From positions 6,880,001 through 6,944,000 of the forward strand of contig OZ244207.1 in the NCBI GenBank assembly GCA_965216875.1: a DNA stretch of 64,000 nt. Direction: 5' to 3'. This DNA comes from Rubripirellula sp. GTDB taxonomy: Bacteria; Planctomycetota; Planctomycetia; Pirellulales; Pirellulaceae. Made by a program: the position numbers and the translations under genes. Shown here in pieces: positions 21,235-30,035 of the stretch. The notes under the pieces are model-generated. The model searched no databases and was not told the DNA's origin. It saw only the letters and a program-made list of their open reading frames with translations. Each line of letters begins with the position of its first letter. The stretch's first letter is position 1.

Positions 21235-22668
21235 ATGAAACTTCAATACGCACTTAACGCACTGAGCTTGAGCCTGATCGCGATACCCTCAATCCTCTTC
21301 GCGGAAGCCAAGCCGAACATTGTCATCATTCTGACCGATGATCAGGGTTACGCCGATGTCAGCTACAACCCGCACTCTCCGCCGGAAGTCAGTACGCCGA
21401 ATATCGACGCCCTCGCACATTCGTCCATCATCTGCACTCAGGGTTACACCAGCGGGCACGTCTGTTCGCCGACTCGCGCGGGACTGATGACAGGTCGTTA
21501 CCAGCAGCGATTTGGAATCTATACCGCAGGGGAAGGAGGCTCTGGTGTTCCGCTTGATGAAGTGTTTATTCCTCAGCGGCTAAAGCCTGCCGGCTACGTT
21601 TCCGGAGCATTGGGTAAATGGCATCTCGGACTCACCGAAGAGTACCACGCGATGAAGCGCGGGTTCGATGAGTTCTATGGCTTTATGGGACGTGGTGCGC
21701 ATCCGTACTTTGACCACTCAGACATGAACCATCCCATCTACCGTGGTCTCAAGCCCATCAAAGAGGAAGGCTACCTGACCACACGAATCACAGAAGAAGC
21801 GGTCGACTTCATCGACCGTCATAAGGAGGAGCCCTTCTTTCTCTATGTGGCGTACAACGCCGTGCATTCTCCTCCCGAGGCCCCCGAGGAAGACATCAAG
21901 CGTGTGACCGGGGATAAGACGCGCGACACGCTGATGGCGATGATCAAGCACCTCGACATGGGCGTTGGCGAAATTGTGAGTTCGCTAAAGAAGCACGACA
22001 TTTTCGACAACACACTGCTGATCTTTCTGACAGACAACGGCGGTTCAGGTGCCATGCACGCCAACAATGCACCGCTTCGCGGCTTCAAGCAGATGGACTA
22101 CGAGGGTGGCATTCATGTCCCGTTCATTGTGTCGTGGCCGGCACAACTCAACGGCGGGAAGAAGTGTGACGTCCCAATGTGGTCGATCGATTTGTTTGCC
22201 ACGGCTCTCGACGCTGCCGGGCTTCCCATGCCTGAGGACAAGCCATTGGACGGGAAAAGCATTCTGCCCGCACTTCGAGGTGAAACTGACAAGCTTCACG
22301 AAGAATTCTATTGGAGCTCTGCGGGGGACAAAGGAAAGTGGGCAGTTCGCAGCGGAAACTGGAAATTGGTCGCCGAAAAGAAGAGAGTAGAACTCTTTGA
22401 TCTTGAAAAGGATCTCAGCGAAACGAAGGACCTCTCTGCAAAGCGTCCGCATGTGGTCTCCGAACTCACAGCCAAATACAACACGTGGCTCGATGAAATG
22501 GCGGAACCGATAAGCAAGCAGAAAAAGCGCTGGAGTGCTGATGCTCCCGCGCCAGCCAAAAAGATGAGCAAAGAGGAAAAGAAAGCGGCACGCGAGAAAG
22601 CGAAAGCCGAACGCATCAAAGCACGTGAAGCAAAGCACAGAAGCCAAGCTCGGGAATCATCGAAGTGA
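21235..22668 (+). CDS. Exported arylsulfatase A-like sulfatase
   Basis: KPNIVIILTDDQG, CSPTRAGLMTGRY, GKWHLG, TDNGG, YEGGIHVP. Confidence 0.95.
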   Translation: MKLQYALNALSLSLIAIPSILFAEAKPNIVIILTDDQGYADVSYNPHSPPEVSTPNIDALAHSSIICTQGYTSGHVCSPTRAGLMTGRYQQRFGIYTAGEGGSGVPLDEVFIPQRLKPAGYVSGALGKWHLGLTEEYHAMKRGFDEFYGFMGRGAHPYFDHSDMNHPIYRGLKPIKEEGYLTTRITEEAVDFIDRHKEEPFFLYVAYNAVHSPPEAPEEDIKRVTGDKTRDTLMAMIKHLDMGVGEIVSSLKKHDIFDNTLLIFLTDNGGSGAMHANNAPLRGFKQMDYEGGIHVPFIVSWPAQLNGGKKCDVPMWSIDLFATALDAAGLPMPEDKPLDGKSILPALRGETDKLHEEFYWSSAGDKGKWAVRSGNWKLVAEKKRVELFDLEKDLSETKDLSAKRPHVVSELTAKYNTWLDEMAEPISKQKKRWSADAPAPAKKMSKEEKKAAREKAKAERIKAREAKHRSQARESSK

Positions 22669-22722
22669 TGCTCTTTGCAAGCAGCGCGATCCACCACACA
22701 TACTGAATCAAACAAACTCGCC

Positions 22723-24474
22723 ATGAAAACCTTGGTAGCATTTTCAAGCTTCTGTTTGTCGGCACTGGTTGCCACAGTTGCTCAGGCGGATCGACCAAAC
22801 ATCATCATGTTTCTGATCGACGATCAGAACCCGTCGAGCATCGGCGCGTTTGGGGGCGATACCTACACTCCCAATCTCGACCGCATGGCCGAGGAAGGCA
22901 TGAAGTTCACGCGAGCCTACGTCAGTAGCTCGGTCTGCACTCCGTCTCGCTACAGCTTCCTGACGGGTCGGTTCGCTGGTAACTCGCACAGCAAACTGTA
23001 CGCCGAAGCGGTCGGCAGCAAAGAGCATCAGGGGCTTCCCAATTTCAATGTCGCACTCGAACGCGACAAGATGAATGTTGGAAATGTTTTGCGTGAAGCC
23101 GGGTATACCACCGGATTTGTCGGGAAATTCCACCTTAGTTCTCGGTTGGATTTTCCTGAGTTCTACAAAGGCAAAGACGGCTGGATCAAAATCGCCAAAG
23201 ACGCCAGCCCTGGTCCTGAAACGTCGGCTCAGTTCAAACACAACGAACGCTGGATGCGGCACTACCTTCAAGCACTTGGCTTTTCGTGGGCGAAGAACGT
23301 CTATCCGGAGAACATTCATTCGCCCTATTCCTCGCACAACCCCGAATGGACGACGGTAGCAGCGTTGGAGTTCATTGAAGAGAACAAGGAAGGGCCCTTT
23401 TACCTTCATCTTTGCAGCACGCTGTTGCATGGGCCGGATCGGTCCTGGCGAAAGTCCATGGATCATCCGCTGGTCACCGGTGAAGGAGAAGTCCCTCGTC
23501 TTCCAAGCGTCATGACGCCTCGCGAAGAGCTTCTCAAAACGATCGCCGAAGAAGGTTTCGATCCCGACAGCCATGTCGCTGGTGAAGCGTGGATCGACGA
23601 TTCACTCGGGGCCATTCTCCGAAAGCTGAAAGAACTTGGAATCGATGACAACACGCTGGTTGTATTCGCGCCGGATCACGGTCGCGATGGCAAAGCCTCT
23701 GTCTTTTCACGCGGTGGCTGCCAAGTGCCCATGATCATGCGTTGGCCCAATGGAATCCCCGCTGGACAGGTTTGTGACGAACTCGTGCAGAACATCGACC
23801 TCGTTCCTACGTTCTTCGATCTGGGGAAAACGCAAGCACCCAGCTCTTACCGAATCGATGGCCAGAGTCTCACCCCGCTGTTCAAGAACGGAACGACCGA
23901 AGGTTGGCGGAAACATCTCTATCTCGAAATGGGAGCTGCGCGGGCAACGGTCACGAAAGATTGGTCCTACATCGCCGTCCGCCACACCAAAGACCAGATC
24001 GCGGCCATCAAGAATGCGAAGCCCGAGAACTTACCGCGTGCAATGTCCTACATCGGCCGTCTGGGGATCGGAGTGCGGGGAGCTGATCGCCCCGGTTTCT
24101 TCGATGAAGATCAACTCTACAACCTTCGGAGTGATCCGAATGAAATGAAGAACCTGGCTTACAAGAAGGCTCTTGCGCCTCGCATTCAAGAGATGCGTGA
24201 TCTCATGCAACAGGACCTTGAAGCGATCGGCCGTCCCTTTGGTGAATTCATCCCTGGAGGCAACGCAACCGGACCCGGCCAGATCGACAAGCAAATCGAA
24301 ATCGTGAAGCGACTCGATATCCGAGGCAAGAAGGTAACGGTGCCATCCGCGTTGAAGGGAAAGGTTTCCGTCGCCGATCCATCGCCTTCTGATGACAAAG
24401 CGAAGAGGCAAGCGAAACGCGAGGCCCGCAAGAAAGCACGGCAGGAAGGCAAATCGGGAGCAGGAACAGAATGA
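22723..24474 (+). CDS. Exported sulfatase
   Basis: Signal peptide from ATG 22723; RPNIIMFLIDD, CTPSRYSFLTGR, GKFH, PDHG, DQLYNL..DP.E..NLA. Confidence 0.95.
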   Translation: MKTLVAFSSFCLSALVATVAQADRPNIIMFLIDDQNPSSIGAFGGDTYTPNLDRMAEEGMKFTRAYVSSSVCTPSRYSFLTGRFAGNSHSKLYAEAVGSKEHQGLPNFNVALERDKMNVGNVLREAGYTTGFVGKFHLSSRLDFPEFYKGKDGWIKIAKDASPGPETSAQFKHNERWMRHYLQALGFSWAKNVYPENIHSPYSSHNPEWTTVAALEFIEENKEGPFYLHLCSTLLHGPDRSWRKSMDHPLVTGEGEVPRLPSVMTPREELLKTIAEEGFDPDSHVAGEAWIDDSLGAILRKLKELGIDDNTLVVFAPDHGRDGKASVFSRGGCQVPMIMRWPNGIPAGQVCDELVQNIDLVPTFFDLGKTQAPSSYRIDGQSLTPLFKNGTTEGWRKHLYLEMGAARATVTKDWSYIAVRHTKDQIAAIKNAKPENLPRAMSYIGRLGIGVRGADRPGFFDEDQLYNLRSDPNEMKNLAYKKALAPRIQEMRDLMQQDLEAIGRPFGEFIPGGNATGPGQIDKQIEIVKRLDIRGKKVTVPSALKGKVSVADPSPSDDKAKRQAKREARKKARQEGKSGAGTE

Positions 24475-24509
24475 ACCGAAAACGCGATGACTCGCGACGA
24501 GAGTGCACT

Positions 24510-25802
24510 ATGAAATCACAAGTTAGCCGCCGGCATCTGCTTCGTGGAGCCGGAGCGCTGATCGCATTGCCTGGACTCGAGTCGATTGGCTTCCGCCGAT
24601 TTGCTTCGGCATCCGAGACGGCCGCGCCAAAGCCACCCAAGCGGATGGTCTGTCTCGGTTTGGGGTTTGGTGTGACGCAGGAATCTTGGTTTCCGAGCAT
24701 CGATCAAACTGGAACCGAATACAGCCTACCGGAAGGTCTCAAGCCACTTGCGCGGCACAGGAATGACTTTACGGTCGTCCAGGGGTGCTCGAACAAGTTC
24801 AGCAATGAAGCTCACTGGGGAAGCACGTTTTGGTTGACGGGTGCCAATCGATTTGCTGTGCCCGGCCAAAATATGTCCAACAGCATCTCTGCCGATCAAG
24901 TGGCGGCGCAGGGACTCGGCCAGGACACACGCTTCTCATCGATTCAACTCAACAGCACAGATGGTAGCTCGTCCGGCCATGGGCCAGGTCTCTCGTTGGC
25001 CTGGGACCAGCGCGGCAAGCCGATGGCGGGATTCAATGATCCGGTGCAACTGTTCCACAAACTTTTTTCCGCCGACGATCTGCCATTGGAGCAACGGCAG
25101 GCCGCCATTGCCGAAAACCGAAGCGTGTTGGATGCCGTCCTCACAGAAGCCAGTCGCGTACGACGCGGTCTGACGAAGACCGACAAAGACAAGCTGGAGG
25201 AGTATTTTCAGGGCATCCGCGACATCGAAACGCGACTGAGCAAGGATGAAACATGGCTTGAAATCCCAAAAGCGAATGCGCCCATCGACGAGCCAGAACC
25301 GGGTCTCAAGGGACGCGACGAAATTGCGGTGATGTACGACCTGATTGTCGCCGCCCTGCAGACGGACAGCACACGTGTGATGACCTACCGCATGCCGGGC
25401 CAAGCACTCCTACAGAGCCTGGGAGTTACGCTGAGCGCTCATAACGTAAGCCATTACTCTCCGGGTGAACGCATGCAGGCGTCACAGGCTCGCGACAAGG
25501 CCCACTGCGCGTTGCTGGCTGGGTTAATCGACAGACTCAAGACGACCAAAGAAGCCGACGGCTCGAGTCTCTTTGATCATGTGGCGTTGGCATTCGGATC
25601 GAACATCAGTTCCATTCACTACCTGACCAATTGTCCAACCATTCTCACAGGCGGCGGGGCCAACCTGAAGCTGGGGCAGCATCTCGTCCTGCCGAAGGAC
25701 ACACCACTGTGCAACGTATGGTTAACGATGCTGCAGGGACTTGGGATCAACACAGAACGGCACGGTGACAGCACCGGCGTCGTAAAGGAACTGCAGGCAT
25801 GA
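24510..25802 (+). CDS. DUF1552 (HXXSHH-family) Tat-exported protein
   Basis: SRRHLLRGAG..IALP.LES, ISADQVAA, RSVLDAV, KLEEYF..IRDIE, ALQTDSTRV, HNVSHY, PLCNVWLTML. Confidence 0.93.
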   Translation: MKSQVSRRHLLRGAGALIALPGLESIGFRRFASASETAAPKPPKRMVCLGLGFGVTQESWFPSIDQTGTEYSLPEGLKPLARHRNDFTVVQGCSNKFSNEAHWGSTFWLTGANRFAVPGQNMSNSISADQVAAQGLGQDTRFSSIQLNSTDGSSSGHGPGLSLAWDQRGKPMAGFNDPVQLFHKLFSADDLPLEQRQAAIAENRSVLDAVLTEASRVRRGLTKTDKDKLEEYFQGIRDIETRLSKDETWLEIPKANAPIDEPEPGLKGRDEIAVMYDLIVAALQTDSTRVMTYRMPGQALLQSLGVTLSAHNVSHYSPGERMQASQARDKAHCALLAGLIDRLKTTKEADGSSLFDHVALAFGSNISSIHYLTNCPTILTGGGANLKLGQHLVLPKDTPLCNVWLTMLQGLGINTERHGDSTGVVKELQA

Positions 25803-28549
25803 TGATCTCACCCAAAGTCACAAGGACTCGAAGGATTGCACTTGCCGCATGCAATGTCTGCGCGCTGATTACGTGGTCTTGTTCTGCTGCACATTCCGCC
25901 TCGCCAGAAGTGAGTCTTCCTGACAAACACCGGGCATTTTTCAAAGCACACTGCCTCGACTGTCACGACTCCGCGACGCGAGAAGGCAAAGTGGATCTCG
26001 AATCGTTACCTTTCCAGATCGAGACGCTCGAACAGGCGGAGCAATGGCAGAAGGTCCTAAACGCACTGAACTCTGGTGAAATGCCCCCAGAAGATTCCGA
26101 GCAGCCGGGCAACACTGAAAAGGCCGACTTCCTCGATGACCTTGCTCGGACGATGGTCGCCGCGCGGAAAGCACTATCGGATTCCGGCGGCAAGATCACC
26201 ATGCGGCGACTCAACCGGCGCGAGTACCGCAACACAATTGAGCATCTGACCGGTGTCAACGTTGACGCTAGCTCGCTGCCAACCGATGGCGGGGCCGGAA
26301 GGTTTGACACCGTCGGGGCATCGCAGTTCATTTCGAGCGACCAATTCGAGCAGTATCTCAAACTGGGGCGTCAGGCGATTGATGAAGCGTTCGAGCGGGA
26401 GGTCGCACTGCGACATGGTTCGCGAGTCTTCCGCGTCGAGCCGGAAACGACGGTCAACGTCCAAAGTCTCAAAAGCATGCGAAAGATGGAGGAAACCCAA
26501 GACCGCTTCATGCGTTGGAAAGAGGGTGTCGATAAAGCCGCGGCTGCGCCCGAGAACAAAGACATCATGGCAACCATTCTCAAGGAGAACCCGAAGTTTG
26601 ATCTGTCCGCATGGCCGTCAGCGTCAGCCTTCTTGTTCTACCGACACGCCCATCAATTGAGCGGAGCACCTGACCCGAAGGCGTTTGGATTCAAAGATGA
26701 CAACGATGCGACCTTCTCTTTCCAAGGTGGCTACTCCCGAAAACACGCTTACATCAAGCACTACGCCGAGCTGCCTCACAATGATCGTGGCACCTATCTT
26801 AAGCTCACTTGGGGCATTCAACGCATCGACGTCACTCCAAAGCCAAAGAATCTGCCGCCCGGGAAGTACAGGATGCGTGTGCGAGCCGGAGTCGTCGAAG
26901 GATCTCCGTCATACCGTCACTTCATCGAAATCGGACACCCACAGCGCGTCAATGGTGTGCAGGCAGGATTCGCAAGTTTGCCGATTAGCAGTCATCAGGT
27001 GACTGGAACCATCGAACAGCCGGAGATCATTGAGACGCAACTTGAGGTTGGCCTACTGACCCAGAAGGAGTTTGGAATTCAGGAGCGGCAGCCCACCAAT
27101 GGCAAGAGCCTCCGAGATGCCTACAACCGAGACAAACGCAGTAACGGCTATGGAACGCCGCCTGCTCTCTGGATTGACTGGATTGAACTCGAAGGTCCGC
27201 TTCCGAACACCGGACCGCCTTCACCGCTGCGGGCGACTCTCGACAGGTATTCTGCGACGACCACGCATTCCGAAGCGGAACGCGCTCGCGCAATCCTCAC
27301 CGATTTCGCAGTCGCCGCCTTTCGCAAGGCAAAGCCCGACGCGAAGTTCATCGACAAGCTCTTGACAATTTTTGAAATGCGTCGACAAGCCGGTGATTCC
27401 TTCGAAGTTGCCATTCGCACGCCGCTCAGCGTCATTCTGGCTTCGCCCGGTTTTCTCTATCTCAACGAACCGGGCGATGATTCTGAACGACGTCAGCTCG
27501 ATGACCGTGAACTTGCCGTGCGTCTGGCCTACTTCCTTTGGAGTGCTCCTCCCGATCGGGAACTGTGGGAGCTTGCCGAACGCAACGAGTTGCACCGACG
27601 CGATGTGCTTCGCGAGCAGGTATCTCGTCTGATCGCCGATCCGCGTTCGGATGAATTCGTCTCCGGCTTCGTGCATCAGTGGCTTGATATGGAGCGGCTC
27701 GACTTCTTCCAATTTGACGTATCACTGCATCGCGAGTTCGATGAAAACACCCGCGCTGCGGCCCGCAATGAGGTCTACCAGTCGTTTGCCCATCTGCTGC
27801 GTGATTCGGACAATGGCCAGCTCGGCTCACTTCTGAAAAGCGACTACGTTTTCATTAACGGACTGCTCGCGACGTACTACGGTATCGAAGGTGTTACCGG
27901 CGACGAGTTCCGCAAAGTCAATCTCACGGCCGACTCGCCTCGGGGCGGACTACTCGGAATGGCCGCCATCCATGCGATGGGTAGCGATGGTGTTGTCAGC
28001 AGCCCGGTTGAACGCGGAGCCTGGGTGCTTCGTCATCTGTTGAATGATCCTCCGCCACCAGCACCGCCCAACGTCCCGCAAATCTCACGTCTGGAAGGGC
28101 AGATCCTTACCACGCGAGAACGACTCATCGCACATCAGGAAGAAGCCCAGTGCGCAAGCTGCCACCGTAAGATTGACCCCATCGGGTTCGGCCTGGAGAA
28201 CTTCAATGCGGCCGGCAAATGGCGAATGGAAGACAGCTATCAGCTGCGAGACAGGCGAGGTCGAGGAATCGGCAAACGCAAGACCTGGGCGATCGACACT
28301 GCGGGAGCATTCCACAAGGGACCAGAGTTCAGGAACTATCGCGAACTACGCAACCTCATCGCCGACCGAAAAGAAGACTTTGCTCGCGGGTTCACTGAGC
28401 ACCTGATCGAATACGCCTTGGGCCGGCCGTTTGGATTCACCGATGAAGACCTGGCCGCCGAAATCGTCGATTCCGCACGCAACAAAGAGTTCGTTGTCAG
28501 CGAATTCATTCACGCGCTGACTAATAGTGAGGCGTTCCGGACGAAATAG
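25799..28549 (+). CDS. DUF1592-type (PSD2-5, PSCyt3) cytochrome c protein with large central insertion
   Basis: HCLDCH, GEMPP, RRLNRREYRNT, ELAVRLAYFLW..PPD, SSPVERGAW, CASCHRKIDP.GFGLENF, YALGR. Confidence 0.93.
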   Translation: MMISPKVTRTRRIALAACNVCALITWSCSAAHSASPEVSLPDKHRAFFKAHCLDCHDSATREGKVDLESLPFQIETLEQAEQWQKVLNALNSGEMPPEDSEQPGNTEKADFLDDLARTMVAARKALSDSGGKITMRRLNRREYRNTIEHLTGVNVDASSLPTDGGAGRFDTVGASQFISSDQFEQYLKLGRQAIDEAFEREVALRHGSRVFRVEPETTVNVQSLKSMRKMEETQDRFMRWKEGVDKAAAAPENKDIMATILKENPKFDLSAWPSASAFLFYRHAHQLSGAPDPKAFGFKDDNDATFSFQGGYSRKHAYIKHYAELPHNDRGTYLKLTWGIQRIDVTPKPKNLPPGKYRMRVRAGVVEGSPSYRHFIEIGHPQRVNGVQAGFASLPISSHQVTGTIEQPEIIETQLEVGLLTQKEFGIQERQPTNGKSLRDAYNRDKRSNGYGTPPALWIDWIELEGPLPNTGPPSPLRATLDRYSATTTHSEAERARAILTDFAVAAFRKAKPDAKFIDKLLTIFEMRRQAGDSFEVAIRTPLSVILASPGFLYLNEPGDDSERRQLDDRELAVRLAYFLWSAPPDRELWELAERNELHRRDVLREQVSRLIADPRSDEFVSGFVHQWLDMERLDFFQFDVSLHREFDENTRAAARNEVYQSFAHLLRDSDNGQLGSLLKSDYVFINGLLATYYGIEGVTGDEFRKVNLTADSPRGGLLGMAAIHAMGSDGVVSSPVERGAWVLRHLLNDPPPPAPPNVPQISRLEGQILTTRERLIAHQEEAQCASCHRKIDPIGFGLENFNAAGKWRMEDSYQLRDRRGRGIGKRKTWAIDTAGAFHKGPEFRNYRELRNLIADRKEDFARGFTEHLIEYALGRPFGFTDEDLAAEIVDSARNKEFVVSEFIHALTNSEAFRTK

Positions 28550-28641
28550 TCATTCGCGATCGACCCATCGAGCAGCAACCTGCAGCGCTGACAGAACAGG
28601 TCCGAAGCACCGGAATTGCACGAGCGTTCGATCGTCGAACC

Positions 28642-28686
28642 AAAAAAACGAGCCCACACTTCGCTCGTTGAGCAAAATGTGGGCTT
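28642..28686 (-). terminator. Intrinsic terminator oriented on the minus strand
   Basis: Minus strand: AGCCCACA-TTTTGCTC-aac-GAGCGAAG-TGTGGGCT followed by CG and T7. Confidence 0.75.
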
Positions 28687-28775
28687 GCGTTAGGCAGCCG
28701 TTACTTCTGTTGAGAGGAGTCGAGGCTCTTGCGCGGCAGGTGTCCCGACTGTCGCCGCACAACAAAAGAACAACT
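28642..28775 (-). ncRNA. Candidate small RNA or leader transcript (about 130 nt)
   Basis: TTGCAA (28804-28809) and TATGAT (28779-28784) upstream, 5' hairpin, CU-rich stretch and strong terminator, with no credible minus-strand gene to terminate. Confidence 0.4.
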
Positions 28776-28867
28776 AAAATCATACCGGTGAGCTGCCCCT
28801 TACTTGCAATAAGAAACTCTCTCACCTGCCAATCCAATCCGTACCGCTTTTCGAGAAGGGTGTCGCA

Positions 28868-29689
28868 ATGTTCCGCTCGAGTCATGCACTGCTTGGCGTC
28901 TGTTTTTTGGTCTGCTCGTTGGTCGCCGGCAACAATATGTCCCCTGCCGAAGAATCGAATGCTGAACTTGCGCACATGGTTTTCTTTACACTCGCTGATG
29001 ATTCGGAGGAAAACCGCAAGACATTGATCCAAGCCTGCCACCGCCACCTTTCCGGCCATCAAGGCACGGTTTACTTTTCGGTCGGCGCGATTGCGGAAGA
29101 GCTTCAGCGCGAGGTGAACGACCAAAGTTTTGATGTTGCCCTCCATCTCGTGTTCGCCGATCGAAAGGCTCACGATCGCTATCAAACTCACCCACGGCAC
29201 TTGCGATTCATCGATCAAAACAAACACCTGTGGAGTGCCGTTCGGGTGTTTGATTCCTACGTCCAACCTGCGAATTCAAAGGACGGTTCGGCCGCAGTCG
29301 ACCGGTTTCTTGAGAGCCGTGTCGAACGAGGGCTCAAAGGGGATGCCTTGTTTGAGGTGGTTAACGATGTGGCGGCTGCGGCCTCGTTTGCGGACGCTGA
29401 AAGGATTCGTGTTGAACTCGATGGACGTTCTCTACAGATGGAAGGGATCACAAAGAATCAACGCGTTCGATTGAGCGATGCAAGTGGCAAAACGGTCGCC
29501 GACCTGCTGACGGCAATTGTGGTTGCTGCGAACCCAGACCGCCGGGCGCGCGATCCGGCGTCAAAGTCGCAAATGTTGGTTTGGGTGAAGGCCGCGGATG
29601 GCAAGTCGATCAAAATCACGACGCGTCGAGCCGCAACAAAACAAGGGATCGAGTTGCCCAAGGTGTTTCGTACCAACCCCCAGCTGTGA
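28868..29689 (+). CDS. Exported Dabb (stress-responsive A/B barrel) protein with extra C-terminal domain
   Basis: Signal peptide; AHMVFFTL, FDVALHLVF, AHDRYQTHPRH, VRVFDSY; about 135 further residues follow. Confidence 0.85.
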   Translation: MFRSSHALLGVCFLVCSLVAGNNMSPAEESNAELAHMVFFTLADDSEENRKTLIQACHRHLSGHQGTVYFSVGAIAEELQREVNDQSFDVALHLVFADRKAHDRYQTHPRHLRFIDQNKHLWSAVRVFDSYVQPANSKDGSAAVDRFLESRVERGLKGDALFEVVNDVAAAASFADAERIRVELDGRSLQMEGITKNQRVRLSDASGKTVADLLTAIVVAANPDRRARDPASKSQMLVWVKAADGKSIKITTRRAATKQGIELPKVFRTNPQL

Positions 29690-29710
29690 CGCCGCGTCAC
29701 ACCGTTTTTT
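29685..29710 (+). terminator. Intrinsic terminator after the Dabb gene
   Basis: TGTGACG-ccg-CGTCACA stem then CCG and T6. Confidence 0.55.
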
Positions 29711-29737
29711 AGGCGATTAAGGGGGCGCGTTGCGGCT

Positions 29738-29766
29738 TTGCGCATCCGAACGAGAGGGGGTACAAC
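29738..29766 (+). promoter_or_regulatory. Putative sigma70 promoter for the TonB receptor operon
   Basis: TTGCGC-N17-TACAAC immediately after the upstream terminator. Confidence 0.3.
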
Positions 29767-29978
29767 CGGCACAGCCGGTACGATGGGCCCGAAAAACTAC
29801 GAATCAATCTGCGGGATCCCGCCTTCGAGCGACAATGGGTCACCCGCGGGACGAATGACCCCGATAGCACCGAAACGTCGGGGGAAGGCGATCCCACATT
29901 GTGGGCCTTTTCGAAGGGCGGCAAGTTTTGGTGCACCTGTGCTGAAACAGAAAGGGCACGGTTGCGGCGAGGGGTAGC

Positions 29979-29999
29979 CAATCACATCGGATGTGATTG
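29979..29999. promoter_or_regulatory. Perfect 21-bp palindrome, operator-like
   Basis: CAATCACATC-G-GATGTGATTG, 36 nt upstream of the likely ATG at 30036. Confidence 0.5.
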
Positions 30000-30035
30000 C
30001 AGATGCCGCGATCGATAATTACAAGGGGCAATCGG

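Noticed and set aside
19670..28549. Genomic island
   Set aside because: No integrase, tRNA, flanking direct repeats or evident compositional shift visible by eye
28550..29266. 238-aa minus-strand ORF
   Set aside because: Mostly antisense to the Dabb gene, runs through a terminator, no recognisable motifs
29767..30035. Cobalamin or c-di-GMP riboswitch ahead of the TonB receptor
   Set aside because: Could not find the B12 box or GGGAA/GCCCCCGC core, nor the GGCAAA...GACGCAAAGC c-di-GMP-I core; kept only as an unknown structured leader
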